Below, piece after piece: positions 1 through 8,819 of a DNA stretch of 64,000 nucleotides. The stretch is from Gaiellaceae bacterium (GTDB taxonomy: Bacteria > Actinomycetota > Thermoleophilia > Gaiellales > Gaiellaceae): positions 7,189-71,188 of the forward strand of contig DASQWB010000032.1 of NCBI GenBank assembly GCA_035640455.1, in the 5' to 3' direction. The notes under the pieces were generated by a model. The model was given only the letters and a program-made list of their open reading frames with translations, was not told the origin of the DNA and searched no databases. Made by a program: the position numbers and the translations under genes. Every line of letters starts with the position of its first letter. Position 1 is the first letter of the stretch.

Positions 1-410
1 AGCGGTAGCCCCGCCTGGACGCCCTCGACGACCTTGTGGAGCGGCGACTCGAGCTCCTCGCCGCCGAGGGCGCGCGTTAGCTCGCGCTCGGCCGCGCTCA
101 CCCTGGTGAACGCGAGCTGGCATTCGACCCCGTCGAGCCGGAAGCTCTCGCCGTGGTCGTTCTCGTCGCGCGGGTAGATGAGCTCGCGGTGTGCGCCGCC
201 GAGTCGTTCCAGCACCGCGTCGATGCGCTCCACCGGCGGGAGCTCGTCGCAGTAGACGATCAGGTCGAGGTCGGAGTACAGGTCGGCCTCGCCGGTCGCC
301 GCCGACCCGACGAGGAGGATCGCGCGCGGCTCGGTCTCCTCGACCACGACGTCGGCGATTCGCCCGGCGAGCGCGCGCAGGTAGCCGGTCGGAGTCTCGG
401 GTGCCGGCAT
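1..410 (-). CDS. nucleotidyltransferase-domain protein (partial, 3' end beyond left edge)
   Basis: Own translation from ATG (rc of 408-410): MPAPETPTGYLRALAGRIADVVVEETEPRAILLVGSAATGEADLYSDLDLIVYCDE... This carries the GS-x(10)-DxD minimal NTase motif. It is absent from the ORF track because it runs off the edge. Confidence 0.55.
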   Translation of the reverse strand, partial: MPAPETPTGYLRALAGRIADVVVEETEPRAILLVGSAATGEADLYSDLDLIVYCDELPPVERIDAVLERLGGAHRELIYPRDENDHGESFRLDGVECQLAFTRVSAAERELTRALGGEELESPLHKVVEGVQAGLP

Positions 411-427
411 CGTCGTAGCATCTTGAC

Positions 428-1012
428 GTGACCGAGTTCGTCCTCGACACATCCGTCGTGCGGAACTTCGTCGCGGACGTCGAGCAGGCGATCGCGGCCG
501 CCTCCTCGCCGGCCGAGGCCTGCGAGGCGATCAGGCCGCGCTTCGCCGAGCTCCTCGCCGACCTTGACTGGCTCCCGGAGCGGTATCAGGCGTCCGCGCC
601 GGAGAGCGGGATGGGCGGCGGCATCGGCCAGTGGCTCCTCTACCGCGCCGAGGACGGGTCGCTGTCGCTCTTCTCGCTCGTCGTGCCGCCCCGTGCGGAG
701 ACGCCGATCCACGACCACCTCGCCTGGGGTCTCGTCGGCCTCTACCGCGGCACGCAGGACGAGGAGATCTACGTGCGCGGGAACGGCGGGCTCGAGCTCG
801 TCGAGCGGCGCTCGCTCGTGCCCGGCGACTTCTACGTCCTCATCCCGCCGCGCGACGACATCCACCGCGTGCGGACGACCTCCCCCGAGACGTCGGTGTC
901 GATCCACCTCCTGACGAACGACACCGGCTGTGTCTGGCGGCACGCCTACGACGCCGACTCCGGCGAGGCGAGGCCGTTCCGCTCCGGTTACGTCAACGTC
1001 TCGTGCGAGTGA
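428..1012 (+). CDS. cupin protein, cysteine dioxygenase type I-like
   Basis: 194-aa ORF. It has the TPIHDH...G and DIHRV cupin metal motifs typical of bacterial CDO-like proteins. Confidence 0.6.
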   Translation: MTEFVLDTSVVRNFVADVEQAIAAASSPAEACEAIRPRFAELLADLDWLPERYQASAPESGMGGGIGQWLLYRAEDGSLSLFSLVVPPRAETPIHDHLAWGLVGLYRGTQDEEIYVRGNGGLELVERRSLVPGDFYVLIPPRDDIHRVRTTSPETSVSIHLLTNDTGCVWRHAYDADSGEARPFRSGYVNVSCE

Positions 1013-1025
1013 GAGACTGCTTCTC

Positions 1026-1919
1026 TTGAAGCCGACGTACGAGAGCGCGGGGGTCTCGCTCGCCAAGGCCGACGACGTCGTCGAGCGGCTGCGCGCCGCG
1101 GTCGAGTCGACCGGCGCCCGCGGCTTCGGCGCCTTCGCGGGGCTCCATCCGCTCGACGACCGGCGGTTCCTCGTCGCCTCGACCGACGGCGTCGGCTCGA
1201 AGCTCGTGCTCGCGCGGCGGGCCGGACGGCTTCGCTCCGCCGGCGCCGACCTTGCCGCCCACTGCATCAACGACGTCCTCACGACCGGCGCGGAGCCGCT
1301 CTTCCTCCTCGACTACGTCGCCGCGGCGAGCCTCGACCTCGACCAGGTCGCCGAGCTCGTCGAGGGCGCGGCGGAGGTGTGCCGCGCCGCCGGCGTGGCG
1401 CTGATCGGCGGCGAGACGGCCGAGCTGCCCGGGATCTACCGCGACCGAGAGCTCGACTTCGCCGGCACTTGCGTCGGGATCGTCGAGCGCTCGCGGCTCG
1501 TCGACGGCTCGCGGTGTCGCCCCGGCGACCTCGTCGTCGGCTTCCCGTCGTCGGGGGCGCACGCGAACGGCTTCTCGCTGATCCGCCGGATCCTCGAGGT
1601 CGAGCCGTACGACGGTCCCGACCTGCTCGCCCCCACCCGGCTCTACCTCGACGACGTGCGCGGGCTGCGCGAGCAGGCGGACGTCCGCGCCCTCGCGCAC
1701 GTCACCGGCGGCGGCATCGCCGCGAACCTCGCCCGGGTGCTCCCGGAGGGCGTCGAGGCGCGAATCGACTGGGACGCGTGGGAGCGGCCGCCTGTCTTCG
1801 AATGGCTCGCGCGGCACGTCGAGGAGGGGGAGCTGCGCCGCGTCTTCAACCTCGGCATCGGGTACTGCGCGGTCGTTCCCGACGCCGGCGACGGCCTCGT
1901 CATCGGCGAGCTCGCGTGA
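1026..1919 (+). CDS. purM: phosphoribosylformylglycinamidine cyclo-ligase (AIR synthetase)
   Basis: Contains YESAGVSL, DGVGSK, INDVLTTGAEPLFLLDY and GGETAE motifs. The likely start is in-frame TTG 1026; the 930 start in the track is probably too long. Confidence 0.9.
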   Translation: MKPTYESAGVSLAKADDVVERLRAAVESTGARGFGAFAGLHPLDDRRFLVASTDGVGSKLVLARRAGRLRSAGADLAAHCINDVLTTGAEPLFLLDYVAAASLDLDQVAELVEGAAEVCRAAGVALIGGETAELPGIYRDRELDFAGTCVGIVERSRLVDGSRCRPGDLVVGFPSSGAHANGFSLIRRILEVEPYDGPDLLAPTRLYLDDVRGLREQADVRALAHVTGGGIAANLARVLPEGVEARIDWDAWERPPVFEWLARHVEEGELRRVFNLGIGYCAVVPDAGDGLVIGELA

Positions 1920-2458
1920 TCGGCGTCCTCGTCAGCGGCGAGGGGACGAACCTCCAGGCCCTCGTCGACGCTGGGCTCCCGGTCGTGGCCGTCGCGTCGA
2001 ACAGGCCGCAGGCGCGCGCGCTCGCACGGGCCGAAGCGGCGCGCATCCCGACGGGCGTCTTCGACGCGGCGGACTACGAGAGCCGGGAGGCCCGCGACGA
2101 GGCGATGGCGACCTGGCTCGAGGGCCGCGGCGTCGAGCTCGTCGTCTGCGCAGGCTTCATGCATCTGCTGCGGAAGCCGTTCCTCGACCGGTATGGAGGC
2201 CGGATCGTCAACACACACTCGGCGCCGCTCCCGCAGTTTCCGGGCGCCCACCCAATCGAGGACGTGCTGGCGGCCGGCGTTCCCGAGACGGCGGCGACGA
2301 TCCACTACGTCGACGAGGGCGTCGACTCCGGCCCGGTGATCGCGGCCGAGCGCGTCCCGGTCCGATCGGGCGACAGCGTCGAGACCCTTCGCGCGCGCGT
2401 GCAGGCGGTCGAGCATCGGCTCCTCCCGCAGGTGGTGAAAGAACTCTGCGCGCGCTGA
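1916..2458 (+). CDS. purN: phosphoribosylglycinamide formyltransferase
   Basis: VIGVLVSGEGTNLQAL...NTHSAPLPQFPG...IHYVDEGVDSGPVI. The GTG start overlaps the purM stop (GTGA). Confidence 0.9.
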   Translation: MIGVLVSGEGTNLQALVDAGLPVVAVASNRPQARALARAEAARIPTGVFDAADYESREARDEAMATWLEGRGVELVVCAGFMHLLRKPFLDRYGGRIVNTHSAPLPQFPGAHPIEDVLAAGVPETAATIHYVDEGVDSGPVIAAERVPVRSGDSVETLRARVQAVEHRLLPQVVKELCAR

Positions 2459-3978
2459 TCTCGGTCTACGACAAGACCGATCTCGAGGACTTCGCGCGCG
2501 GGCTCGAGTCGCTCGGGGCCGAGCTCGTCGCGAGCGGCGGCACGGCGACGTACCTCGAGGAGGTCGGGCTCCGGCCGACGCGGGTCGACGAGCTCACCGA
2601 GGTGCCCGAGCTCCTCGGCGGCCGCGTGAAGACCCTCCACCCGCGCATCCACGCGGCGATCCTCGCCCGCCGCGACCGCTCCGACGACCTTGCCGCCCTC
2701 GGCGAGCAGGAGATCGAGCCGTTCGACCTCGTCTGCGTGAACCTCTACCCGTTCGCGCGGGTTGCGGCGAAGCACGGCGTCCGCGAGCACGAGGCCGTGG
2801 AGATGATCGACGTCGGCGGCCCCTCGATGCTCCGCGGTGCGGCGAAGAACTTCGCCCACGTGGCGGCCGTGTCCAGGCCGGAACAGTACGGACGAGTCCT
2901 GAACGAGCTGCGCGCGACCGGCGCCCTGTCGCTCGAGACGCGGCGGACGCTCGCCGCCGAGGCCTTCGCCACGACCGCTGCCTACGAGGCGACGATCGCG
3001 CGCTGGTTCGCCGACCGCGAGGCCTTCCCGGAGAGCTTCATCCCTGTCTTCACGAAGGTGCAGGACCTCGCGTACGGAGAGAACCCGCACCAGCGAGCGG
3101 CGTACTACGCCGAGGTCGGCGCGCGGCGCCATCTCCTCTCGCGCGCCGAGCAGCTGCACGGAAAGGACCTGTCCTTCAACAACCTGGGCGACCTCTCAGC
3201 CGCCCGCGCGTGCGCCGCCGAGTTCACGCTCGCCTGCTGCGTGATCGTCAAGCACGGGAACCCCTGCGGCGTCGCGGTGGCGGCGACGATCGAGGAGGCG
3301 TACGAGCGGGCGCTCGCCTCGGATCCCCTCTCGGCGTACGGCGGCGTCGTCGTGCTCAACCGGCCTGTCGTGCGGGAGCTCGGCGAGCGGCTGGCGGAGC
3401 AGTTCGTCGAGGTCCTGCACGCGCCGGGCTTCGACGACCGCGCGCTCGAGGCGCTGCGCGCGAAGCCCGGCACGCGGATCCTCCTCGACGGCGAGCGGCG
3501 GCGCCGCGACGCGGGCGAGCGCGACTATCGCCGCGTGCTCGGCGGCCTCCTCGTCCAGGATCGCGACGCCGACGTCGACGACCGCGCCGGAATGAGCGCC
3601 GTCTGCGGCTCGCCGTCGGAGAGCGACTGGGGGAGCCTCCTCTTCGCGTGGCGCGTCTGCAAGCACGTCGCGTCGAACGCGATCGTGCTCGCGAAGGGCC
3701 TGGCGACGATCGGCATCGGCGCCGGCCAGCAGAGCCGCGTCGACGCGGTGCGCCTAGCCCTCGAGAAGGCGCGGGCGCACGGCCACGACGTCGGTGGCGC
3801 CGTCCTCGCCTCCGACGCCTTCTTCCCCTTCGCCGACGGGCCCGAGCTCGCCCTCGAGGCGGGCGTCACCGCGATCATCCAGCCCGGCGGCTCGAAGCGC
3901 GACGACGAGGTGGTGACGGCGGTGGAGGATGCGGGCGCCGCGATGATCTTCACCGGCCGGCGCCACTTCCGGCACTGA
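2455..3978 (+). CDS. purH: bifunctional AICAR transformylase / IMP cyclohydrolase
   Basis: The ORF track starts at 2602, but the conserved MGS-like N-terminus (LISVYDKTDLEDFARGLESLGAELVASGGTATYL) is encoded in frame from 2455. No ATG/GTG/TTG is available there. CTG 2455 overlaps the purN TGA. Confidence 0.88.
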   Translation: MISVYDKTDLEDFARGLESLGAELVASGGTATYLEEVGLRPTRVDELTEVPELLGGRVKTLHPRIHAAILARRDRSDDLAALGEQEIEPFDLVCVNLYPFARVAAKHGVREHEAVEMIDVGGPSMLRGAAKNFAHVAAVSRPEQYGRVLNELRATGALSLETRRTLAAEAFATTAAYEATIARWFADREAFPESFIPVFTKVQDLAYGENPHQRAAYYAEVGARRHLLSRAEQLHGKDLSFNNLGDLSAARACAAEFTLACCVIVKHGNPCGVAVAATIEEAYERALASDPLSAYGGVVVLNRPVVRELGERLAEQFVEVLHAPGFDDRALEALRAKPGTRILLDGERRRRDAGERDYRRVLGGLLVQDRDADVDDRAGMSAVCGSPSESDWGSLLFAWRVCKHVASNAIVLAKGLATIGIGAGQQSRVDAVRLALEKARAHGHDVGGAVLASDAFFPFADGPELALEAGVTAIIQPGGSKRDDEVVTAVEDAGAAMIFTGRRHFRH

Positions 3979-3985
3979 GGCGAGG

Positions 3986-4156
3986 CTAGCGTCTACCGCG
4001 TCGCGCGAGCTCGAGCAACCGTTCACGCACCTCGAAGTACCCACGGCGCCCGTGCTCGTACATGGCGCGCCCGAGCTCCTCCATCTCGCGCGCCCGTCGA
4101 AGGCGCTCTTCCTGCTCCGGCGTGAGCCCCGGAGGGATCTCAGGTGCCTTCGTCAT
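3986..4156 (-). CDS. small hypothetical protein (56 aa, charged/helical)
   Basis: MTKAPEIPPGLTPEQEERLRRAREMEELGRAMYEHGRRGYFEVRERLLELARRGRR. Its ATG overlaps the stop of the upstream small ORF (ATGA). Confidence 0.35.
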   Translation of the reverse strand: MTKAPEIPPGLTPEQEERLRRAREMEELGRAMYEHGRRGYFEVRERLLELARRGRR

Positions 4157-4413
4157 TGCCGCAGCATACCGCTGGCCTCGACTCGCTCCCGAAGCGCCTC
4201 GAGCCGAAGTCGCAGACCCTCTATCTCGTCTTGGACGACATCCCAGGCCGACGTCGTCGTCGAGGCCAGTTCGGTCCACTCGGCGCCTTTGCCACGCTCG
4301 AGATAGAGGAGCAAGCCTGAGCCCATCGCCGTCGCGGGAAGCTTCTGCGGAACCGCCATGAAGGCGGGCAGCACGAGCGCCACGGCCGTCACCGCGACCG
4401 CTCCCGTCCGCAC
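4153..4413 (-). CDS. small membrane-anchored hypothetical protein
   Basis: 86 aa with an N-terminal TM helix (AVAVTAVALVLPAFMAV) followed by a charged helical tail. Translationally coupled to 3986..4156. Confidence 0.4.
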   Translation of the reverse strand: MRTGAVAVTAVALVLPAFMAVPQKLPATAMGSGLLLYLERGKGAEWTELASTTTSAWDVVQDEIEGLRLRLEALRERVEASGMLRQ

Positions 4414-4533
4414 CGCCTGCCGCTCGCTCCCCGCCGGCGAGGATAGGCTCAGCCGCGCCCGCGCGGAAGTGGCCGGAATAGCGTCGTCGGCAAGCTCGTT
4501 CGCCCACCACGACGCCGACCCGGAGGAGATCGC

Positions 4534-5973
4534 ATGCCCGATGCCCCGAACCGCCGTTCCTGGTTGACGCTCGCCGTCGTCGGCGCCGCGTTCTTCATGA
4601 CCGTGCTCGACGTCGCGATCGTCAACGTCGCGATCCCGTCGATCCAGCGCGACCTGAACATCGCCGAGGAGACGGTGCAGTGGGTGATCACGGCGTACGC
4701 GATCACGTTCGGGGGCTTCCTCCTCCTCGGGGGACGGATGGCCGACCTGCTCGGCCGGCGCCGGATCTTCGTCGTCGGCTTGATCCTCTTCACGGCTGCG
4801 TCGCTGACGTGCGGGCTGGCCGACAGCGCGGGCGTGCTAGTCGCCTCGCGGGCGGTGCAGGGCCTCGGCGCCGCGATCATCTCGCCGGCGGCGCTCTCGA
4901 TCGTCACGACGACGTTCACCGAGGGCGCCGAGCGGAACAAGGCGCTCGGGATCTGGGGCGCGCTCGGCGGCTCGGGCGCCGCAGCCGGCGTCCTGTTCGG
5001 CGGGATCCTGACGAAGTACCTCGGCTGGGAGTGGATCTTCTTCGTCAACGTTCCGGTCGGGGCGCTCGTGTTCGCCCTGACCTGGCCGATCGTGCCGGAG
5101 AGCCACGCGGAGCTCGGGCACAGGCGCTTCGACGCGGCCGGAGCGGTAACGGTGACCGGCGGCTTGGCGCTGTTCGTCTACGCGATCTCGAAGGCGCCGG
5201 ACGTCGGCTGGGGCTCGACCCGCACGATCCTGCTGCTCGTCGCCTCGGCCGCGATGCTCGCCGCGTTCACGCTCTGGGAGCTGCGCACGAGTGCGCCGCT
5301 GATGCCGTTCAGGATCTTCCGGCTCCGCTCGCTCGCGGCCGCGAACGTCGTCGGCTTCCTGCTCGGCGCCGTCATCTTCGCCAACTTCTTCGTCCTCACC
5401 CTCTACGTCCAGCAGGTGCTCGGCTGGTCGGCGCTCCGAACCGGCCTCACCTTCCTCGCCACCGCAGGGACGACGGTGATCTGGGCCGGCGTCTCGCAGG
5501 CGCTCGTCACGCGGTTCGGTCCCCGGCCCGTGATGGTCCTCGGGATGCTCGTCCTCGCGGCCTCGCTCGGCTGGTACACGCAGATCCCCGTCGACGGCCA
5601 TTACTGGCCCGACCTCCTTCCGGCCTACATCACCTTCGCGCTCGGGCTCGCCTTCTCGTTCATCCCGGTCTCGATCGCGGCCCTCTCGCAGGTCGCTCCG
5701 CACGAGGCAGGACTGGCATCCGGCCTCATCAACACGAACCAGCAGATCGGCGGCGGGATCGGCGTCGCCGTCGCGGCGACCATCTTCACCTCGCACGCCA
5801 ACTCGTTGCTCGCGAGCGGCCACACGCCGACCGATGCGTTCACCTCCGGCTACCAGCACGCCTTCTGGGCGCTTCTCGCGATCGCGCTCGTCGGGGCGTT
5901 CACAGCTGCGGTGCTCCTCCGCGGCCGCGCGGAGCTCCCTGCGAAGGCGACGGCGGACGTGCCGGCCGTTTAG
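4534..5973 (+). CDS. MFS transporter, DHA2 (EmrB/QacA-like, 14 TMS) drug exporter
   Basis: 479 aa. Contains LDVAIVNVAIPSI and GRMADLLGRRRIF motifs and many TM helices. GGAGGAG SD lies 7 nt upstream of the ATG. Confidence 0.85.
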   Translation: MPDAPNRRSWLTLAVVGAAFFMTVLDVAIVNVAIPSIQRDLNIAEETVQWVITAYAITFGGFLLLGGRMADLLGRRRIFVVGLILFTAASLTCGLADSAGVLVASRAVQGLGAAIISPAALSIVTTTFTEGAERNKALGIWGALGGSGAAAGVLFGGILTKYLGWEWIFFVNVPVGALVFALTWPIVPESHAELGHRRFDAAGAVTVTGGLALFVYAISKAPDVGWGSTRTILLLVASAAMLAAFTLWELRTSAPLMPFRIFRLRSLAAANVVGFLLGAVIFANFFVLTLYVQQVLGWSALRTGLTFLATAGTTVIWAGVSQALVTRFGPRPVMVLGMLVLAASLGWYTQIPVDGHYWPDLLPAYITFALGLAFSFIPVSIAALSQVAPHEAGLASGLINTNQQIGGGIGVAVAATIFTSHANSLLASGHTPTDAFTSGYQHAFWALLAIALVGAFTAAVLLRGRAELPAKATADVPAV

Positions 5974-6077
5974 CTGAGGCGCCGCTTGCGGCGCCGCCGT
6001 CAGGACACGCGCGCTCGGCCCGCGTGTCCGTCTGAAGCGACCGGTCGACACGCCCGACGGCGCCGCGGCCGTCTAGG
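5974..6077 (+). repeat. family-2 intergenic repeat copy E1 (two GC hairpins, ends GTCTAGG)
   Basis: Hairpin GGCGCCGC-TT-GCGGCGCC at 5978-5995. Hairpin GGACACGCG/CGCGTGTCC at 6003-6029. Similar to 10491-10600, 26369-26490 and the rc of 47691-47768. Confidence 0.6.
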
Positions 6078-6602
6078 CTACGGCTTCCAGAAGCGGTAGA
6101 AGCCCGGGCCGAACGCGCTGAACGCGGCGAGGAAATCTTCGAGCGCCCGCGCTTTCTCGAGGCCGCCGCCGTTCACCGGGTCGTAGCCCGCGTCCCGAAT
6201 CAGCCGCTCGGTCACGTCCCGCGACTCGTCGTCCGCGGCGTACAGGCAGCCGGGCCGCTCGGGCTGCTCGTCGATCTGGTCGTAGAGCCGGGCGAAGTTG
6301 AGGTTGAAGGCCTTCGCGACGGGACCGCCGGTGATCGACTTGACCTCGTGCGCAAGCGAGGGGAACTGCTCGTCTCTGCCCGCGAACGCGTTCGTCGCGT
6401 CGACGACGACCTTGCCCTCGAGGCCCGTCACCTTCCCGAGCGCATCGGCGATCGCCCCGGACGGCACCGCGACGAGCACGGCCTCGGCGCTCGAGGCGTC
6501 GCCGCCCTCCTTCCCGAGCTCCTGCACCTCGTGACCGGCCTTGCGCCAGCGTGCGGCGAGGCCGCCGCCGACGTTGCCCCTGCCGATGACTGTGATGTTC
6601 AT
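6078..6602 (-). CDS. NAD(P)-binding oxidoreductase, NADPH-dependent F420 reductase-like
   Basis: [26 protein letters not shown] Rossmann N-terminus; 174 aa. Confidence 0.7.
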   Translation of the reverse strand: MNITVIGRGNVGGGLAARWRKAGHEVQELGKEGGDASSAEAVLVAVPSGAIADALGKVTGLEGKVVVDATNAFAGRDEQFPSLAHEVKSITGGPVAKAFNLNFARLYDQIDEQPERPGCLYAADDESRDVTERLIRDAGYDPVNGGGLEKARALEDFLAAFSAFGPGFYRFWKP

Positions 6603-6612
6603 GGGCCGCAGA

Positions 6613-6801
6613 TTAGCCGCCTGCCACCCGTCGGAGGGCGCGCGCCGCCGCCAGGATGTCGGCCGCCAGCTCGACGTCGCCGACGATCCCGACCGAGACG
6701 CGCAGGAAGGACGAGTAGCCGCGCCGGTAGATCGCCCGAGCTCCGCGAGCCGGTCCGAGCCCTCCGCACACTTCCTCCGATCCGGGCCGTCGCCATTTTC
6801 C
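6613..6801 (-). pseudogene. C-terminal remnant of a Cys/Met-metabolism PLP enzyme (MetB/MetC-like)
   Basis: Own translation: ...[35 protein letters not shown]. It resembles the family C-terminus GIxxxLLRxSxGIEDxEDLIADL. An upstream stop at 6802-6804 leaves about 60 codons with no N-terminal domain. Confidence 0.4.
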
Positions 6802-6829
6802 TCAGCCGCGCGATCTAAGCTTTCGGCGG

Positions 6830-8224
6830 ATGCCTCCTGAGTATCCGACCGTCCTCGACCTGGTGGGCCGGACGCCGATCGTCCGCCTCCAGAAGCTCGG
6901 CGCGCGCGTCGAGCCGGCCCTGCTCGCGAAGCTCGAGTATCTGAATCCCGGCGGCTCCGTCAAGGACCGGATCGGCCTACCGATGATCGAGTCCGCCGAG
7001 CGCGAGGGGAAGCTCCGGCCGGGCGGCACGATCGTCGAGCCGACGTCGGGCAACACCGGCGTCGGACTTGCCATCGGCGCGGCGATCAAGGGCTACCGGT
7101 GCATCTTCGTCATGCCCGACAAGATGAGCCAGGAGAAGATCGCTCTCCTCCGGGCCTATGGCGCCGAGGTCGTCATCTGCCCTACCGCCGTCGAGCCCGA
7201 CTCGCCCGAGAGCTACTACTCGGTCTCCGACCGGCTCGCCGAGGAGATCCCCGGCGGCTACAAGCCGGACCAGTACTCGAACATGGCGAACCCGCAGGCG
7301 CACTACGAGCGCACCGGCCCCGAGATCTGGGAGCAGACGGACGGGGAGATCGAGGCGATCGTCATCTCGGTCGGCACGGGCGGCACGATCTCCGGGGTCG
7401 GCCGCTATTTCAAGGAGCGGAAGCCGGAGGTGCTGATCGTCGGCGTCGACCCGGAGGGGTCGGTCTACACGGCGAAGGACGAGCAGGACGTCCACCCGTA
7501 CCTCGTCGAGGGCATCGGCAAGGACGCGTGGCCGAAGACGATGGACCCGAGCGTCGTCGACGAGTGGATCAGCGTCTCCGACCGCGACTCGTTCCTGACG
7601 GCGCGCCGGCTCGCGCGGGAGGAGGGCCTCCTCGTCGGCGGCTCGGGCGGCACGACGGTGTTCGCCGCCCTCGAGGTCGCGCGGCGCTTCGGCCCGGAGG
7701 CGTGGATCCTCACGCTCATCCCCGACACCGGGCGCAACTACCTCTCGAAGTTCTACGACGACAAGTGGATGCTCGAGCACGGCTTCGTTGAGCGAGTCGC
7801 GCCCACACCCACCGTCGAGCAGGTGCTCCGCTCGAAGCGCTTCGAGGAGGCGGACGTGCCCGACCTCGTCACGATCGCGTCGCACCAGAAGGTCGGCGAG
7901 GCGATCGACGTCATGCAGCGCTACTCGATCTCGCAGCTCCCGGTCGTCCGCGACGGCGAGGTGACCTCGCTCGCGGACGTGATCGGTTCGCTGCACGACC
8001 GCGACGTCCTCGAGCGGGTCTTCCGGAACCCGGACTCGCTGCACGAGGACGTCGTCGCCGCGATGCAGCCGCCGCTCGCCGCGATCGAGGCCGGCGAGTC
8101 CTTCGACGAGGTGTTTACGACGCTGACCGGCAGGACGAACGCGATCGTCGTCGCCCGGGCCGGAAAGCCGATCGGCGTCCTCACGCGCTCCGACCTGCTC
8201 GAGTACCTCGCCCACCGGCGGTGA
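6830..8224 (+). CDS. cystathionine beta-synthase (PLP domain plus CBS-pair)
   Basis: Contains [17 protein letters not shown] and GTGGTISG motifs. The C-terminal CBS domains include [10 protein letters not shown] and the following segment. Confidence 0.85.
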   Translation: MPPEYPTVLDLVGRTPIVRLQKLGARVEPALLAKLEYLNPGGSVKDRIGLPMIESAEREGKLRPGGTIVEPTSGNTGVGLAIGAAIKGYRCIFVMPDKMSQEKIALLRAYGAEVVICPTAVEPDSPESYYSVSDRLAEEIPGGYKPDQYSNMANPQAHYERTGPEIWEQTDGEIEAIVISVGTGGTISGVGRYFKERKPEVLIVGVDPEGSVYTAKDEQDVHPYLVEGIGKDAWPKTMDPSVVDEWISVSDRDSFLTARRLAREEGLLVGGSGGTTVFAALEVARRFGPEAWILTLIPDTGRNYLSKFYDDKWMLEHGFVERVAPTPTVEQVLRSKRFEEADVPDLVTIASHQKVGEAIDVMQRYSISQLPVVRDGEVTSLADVIGSLHDRDVLERVFRNPDSLHEDVVAAMQPPLAAIEAGESFDEVFTTLTGRTNAIVVARAGKPIGVLTRSDLLEYLAHRR

Positions 8225-8451
8225 CCGCTTCCCTCGAGGCACGGCTCCGGGAGGCGTTTCCGGACGCGACAGAGCTCTCCGTGACCGATCGGACGGGCGG
8301 CGGCGACCACTTCCACGTGCGGGTGAGGAGCGCGCGGCTGAACGGCCTCTCGCTCGTCGATCAGCACAAGCTCGTCTACGAGGCGCTCGCAGAGCCGCTC
8401 GCCGATGGCACCATTCACGAGCTGAGGATCACGACGAGGGGAACCGAATGA
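8221..8451 (+). CDS. BolA family protein
   Basis: 76 aa with DRTGGGDHFHVRVRS...QHKLVY. GTGA overlap with CBS. Confidence 0.75.
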   Translation: MTASLEARLREAFPDATELSVTDRTGGGDHFHVRVRSARLNGLSLVDQHKLVYEALAEPLADGTIHELRITTRGTE

Positions 8452-8819
8452 GCGAGCTTCGCGACACCATCCAGCAGGTCATCGAGAACGAGCCGGTGGC
8501 GCTCTTCATGAAGGGGACGCCGCAGTTCGTCATGTGCGGCAACTCCCAGCGCGCGCTGCAGGCGCTCCGCGAGGCGGGCGCGCCCGTGACCGCGGTGGAC
8601 ATCCTGCCCGACCCACGCATCCGCCAGGAGCTCTCGGCGCTCTCCGGCTGGCCGACGATCCCGCAGGTCTTCGTCCGCGGCGAGCTGATCGGCGGCGCCG
8701 ACATCGTCGAGGAGCTGGCGGCGACCGGCGAGCTGGAGCGGAAGCTCCAGGAGAAGTTGGGGGCGGACTACCGTGCCGACGGCGCTAACGGACGCGTCGT
8801 CGACGTCTTAGCTGCCTAG
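8448..8819 (+). CDS. monothiol glutaredoxin (Grx4 family) with CGNS active site
   Basis: VALFMKGTPQFVMCGNSQRA...WPTIPQVFVRGELIGGADI. ATGA overlap with bolA. Confidence 0.8.
   Translation: MSELRDTIQQVIENEPVALFMKGTPQFVMCGNSQRALQALREAGAPVTAVDILPDPRIRQELSALSGWPTIPQVFVRGELIGGADIVEELAATGELERKLQEKLGADYRADGANGRVVDVLAA

Noticed and set aside
260-1282. A 340-aa minus-strand ORF. Many similar long ORFs also overlap confident genes, for example 22127..25348, 23154..25478, 43896..46229, 43928..46330, 45356..47485 (5' part), 52956..55874 (5' part), 56623..59499 and 57540..60176 (5' part).
   Set aside because: They have extreme Arg/Ala/Pro/Gly composition and no recognisable motifs. They lie opposite or out of frame to genes with clear family signatures, so I treated them as non-coding shadows.
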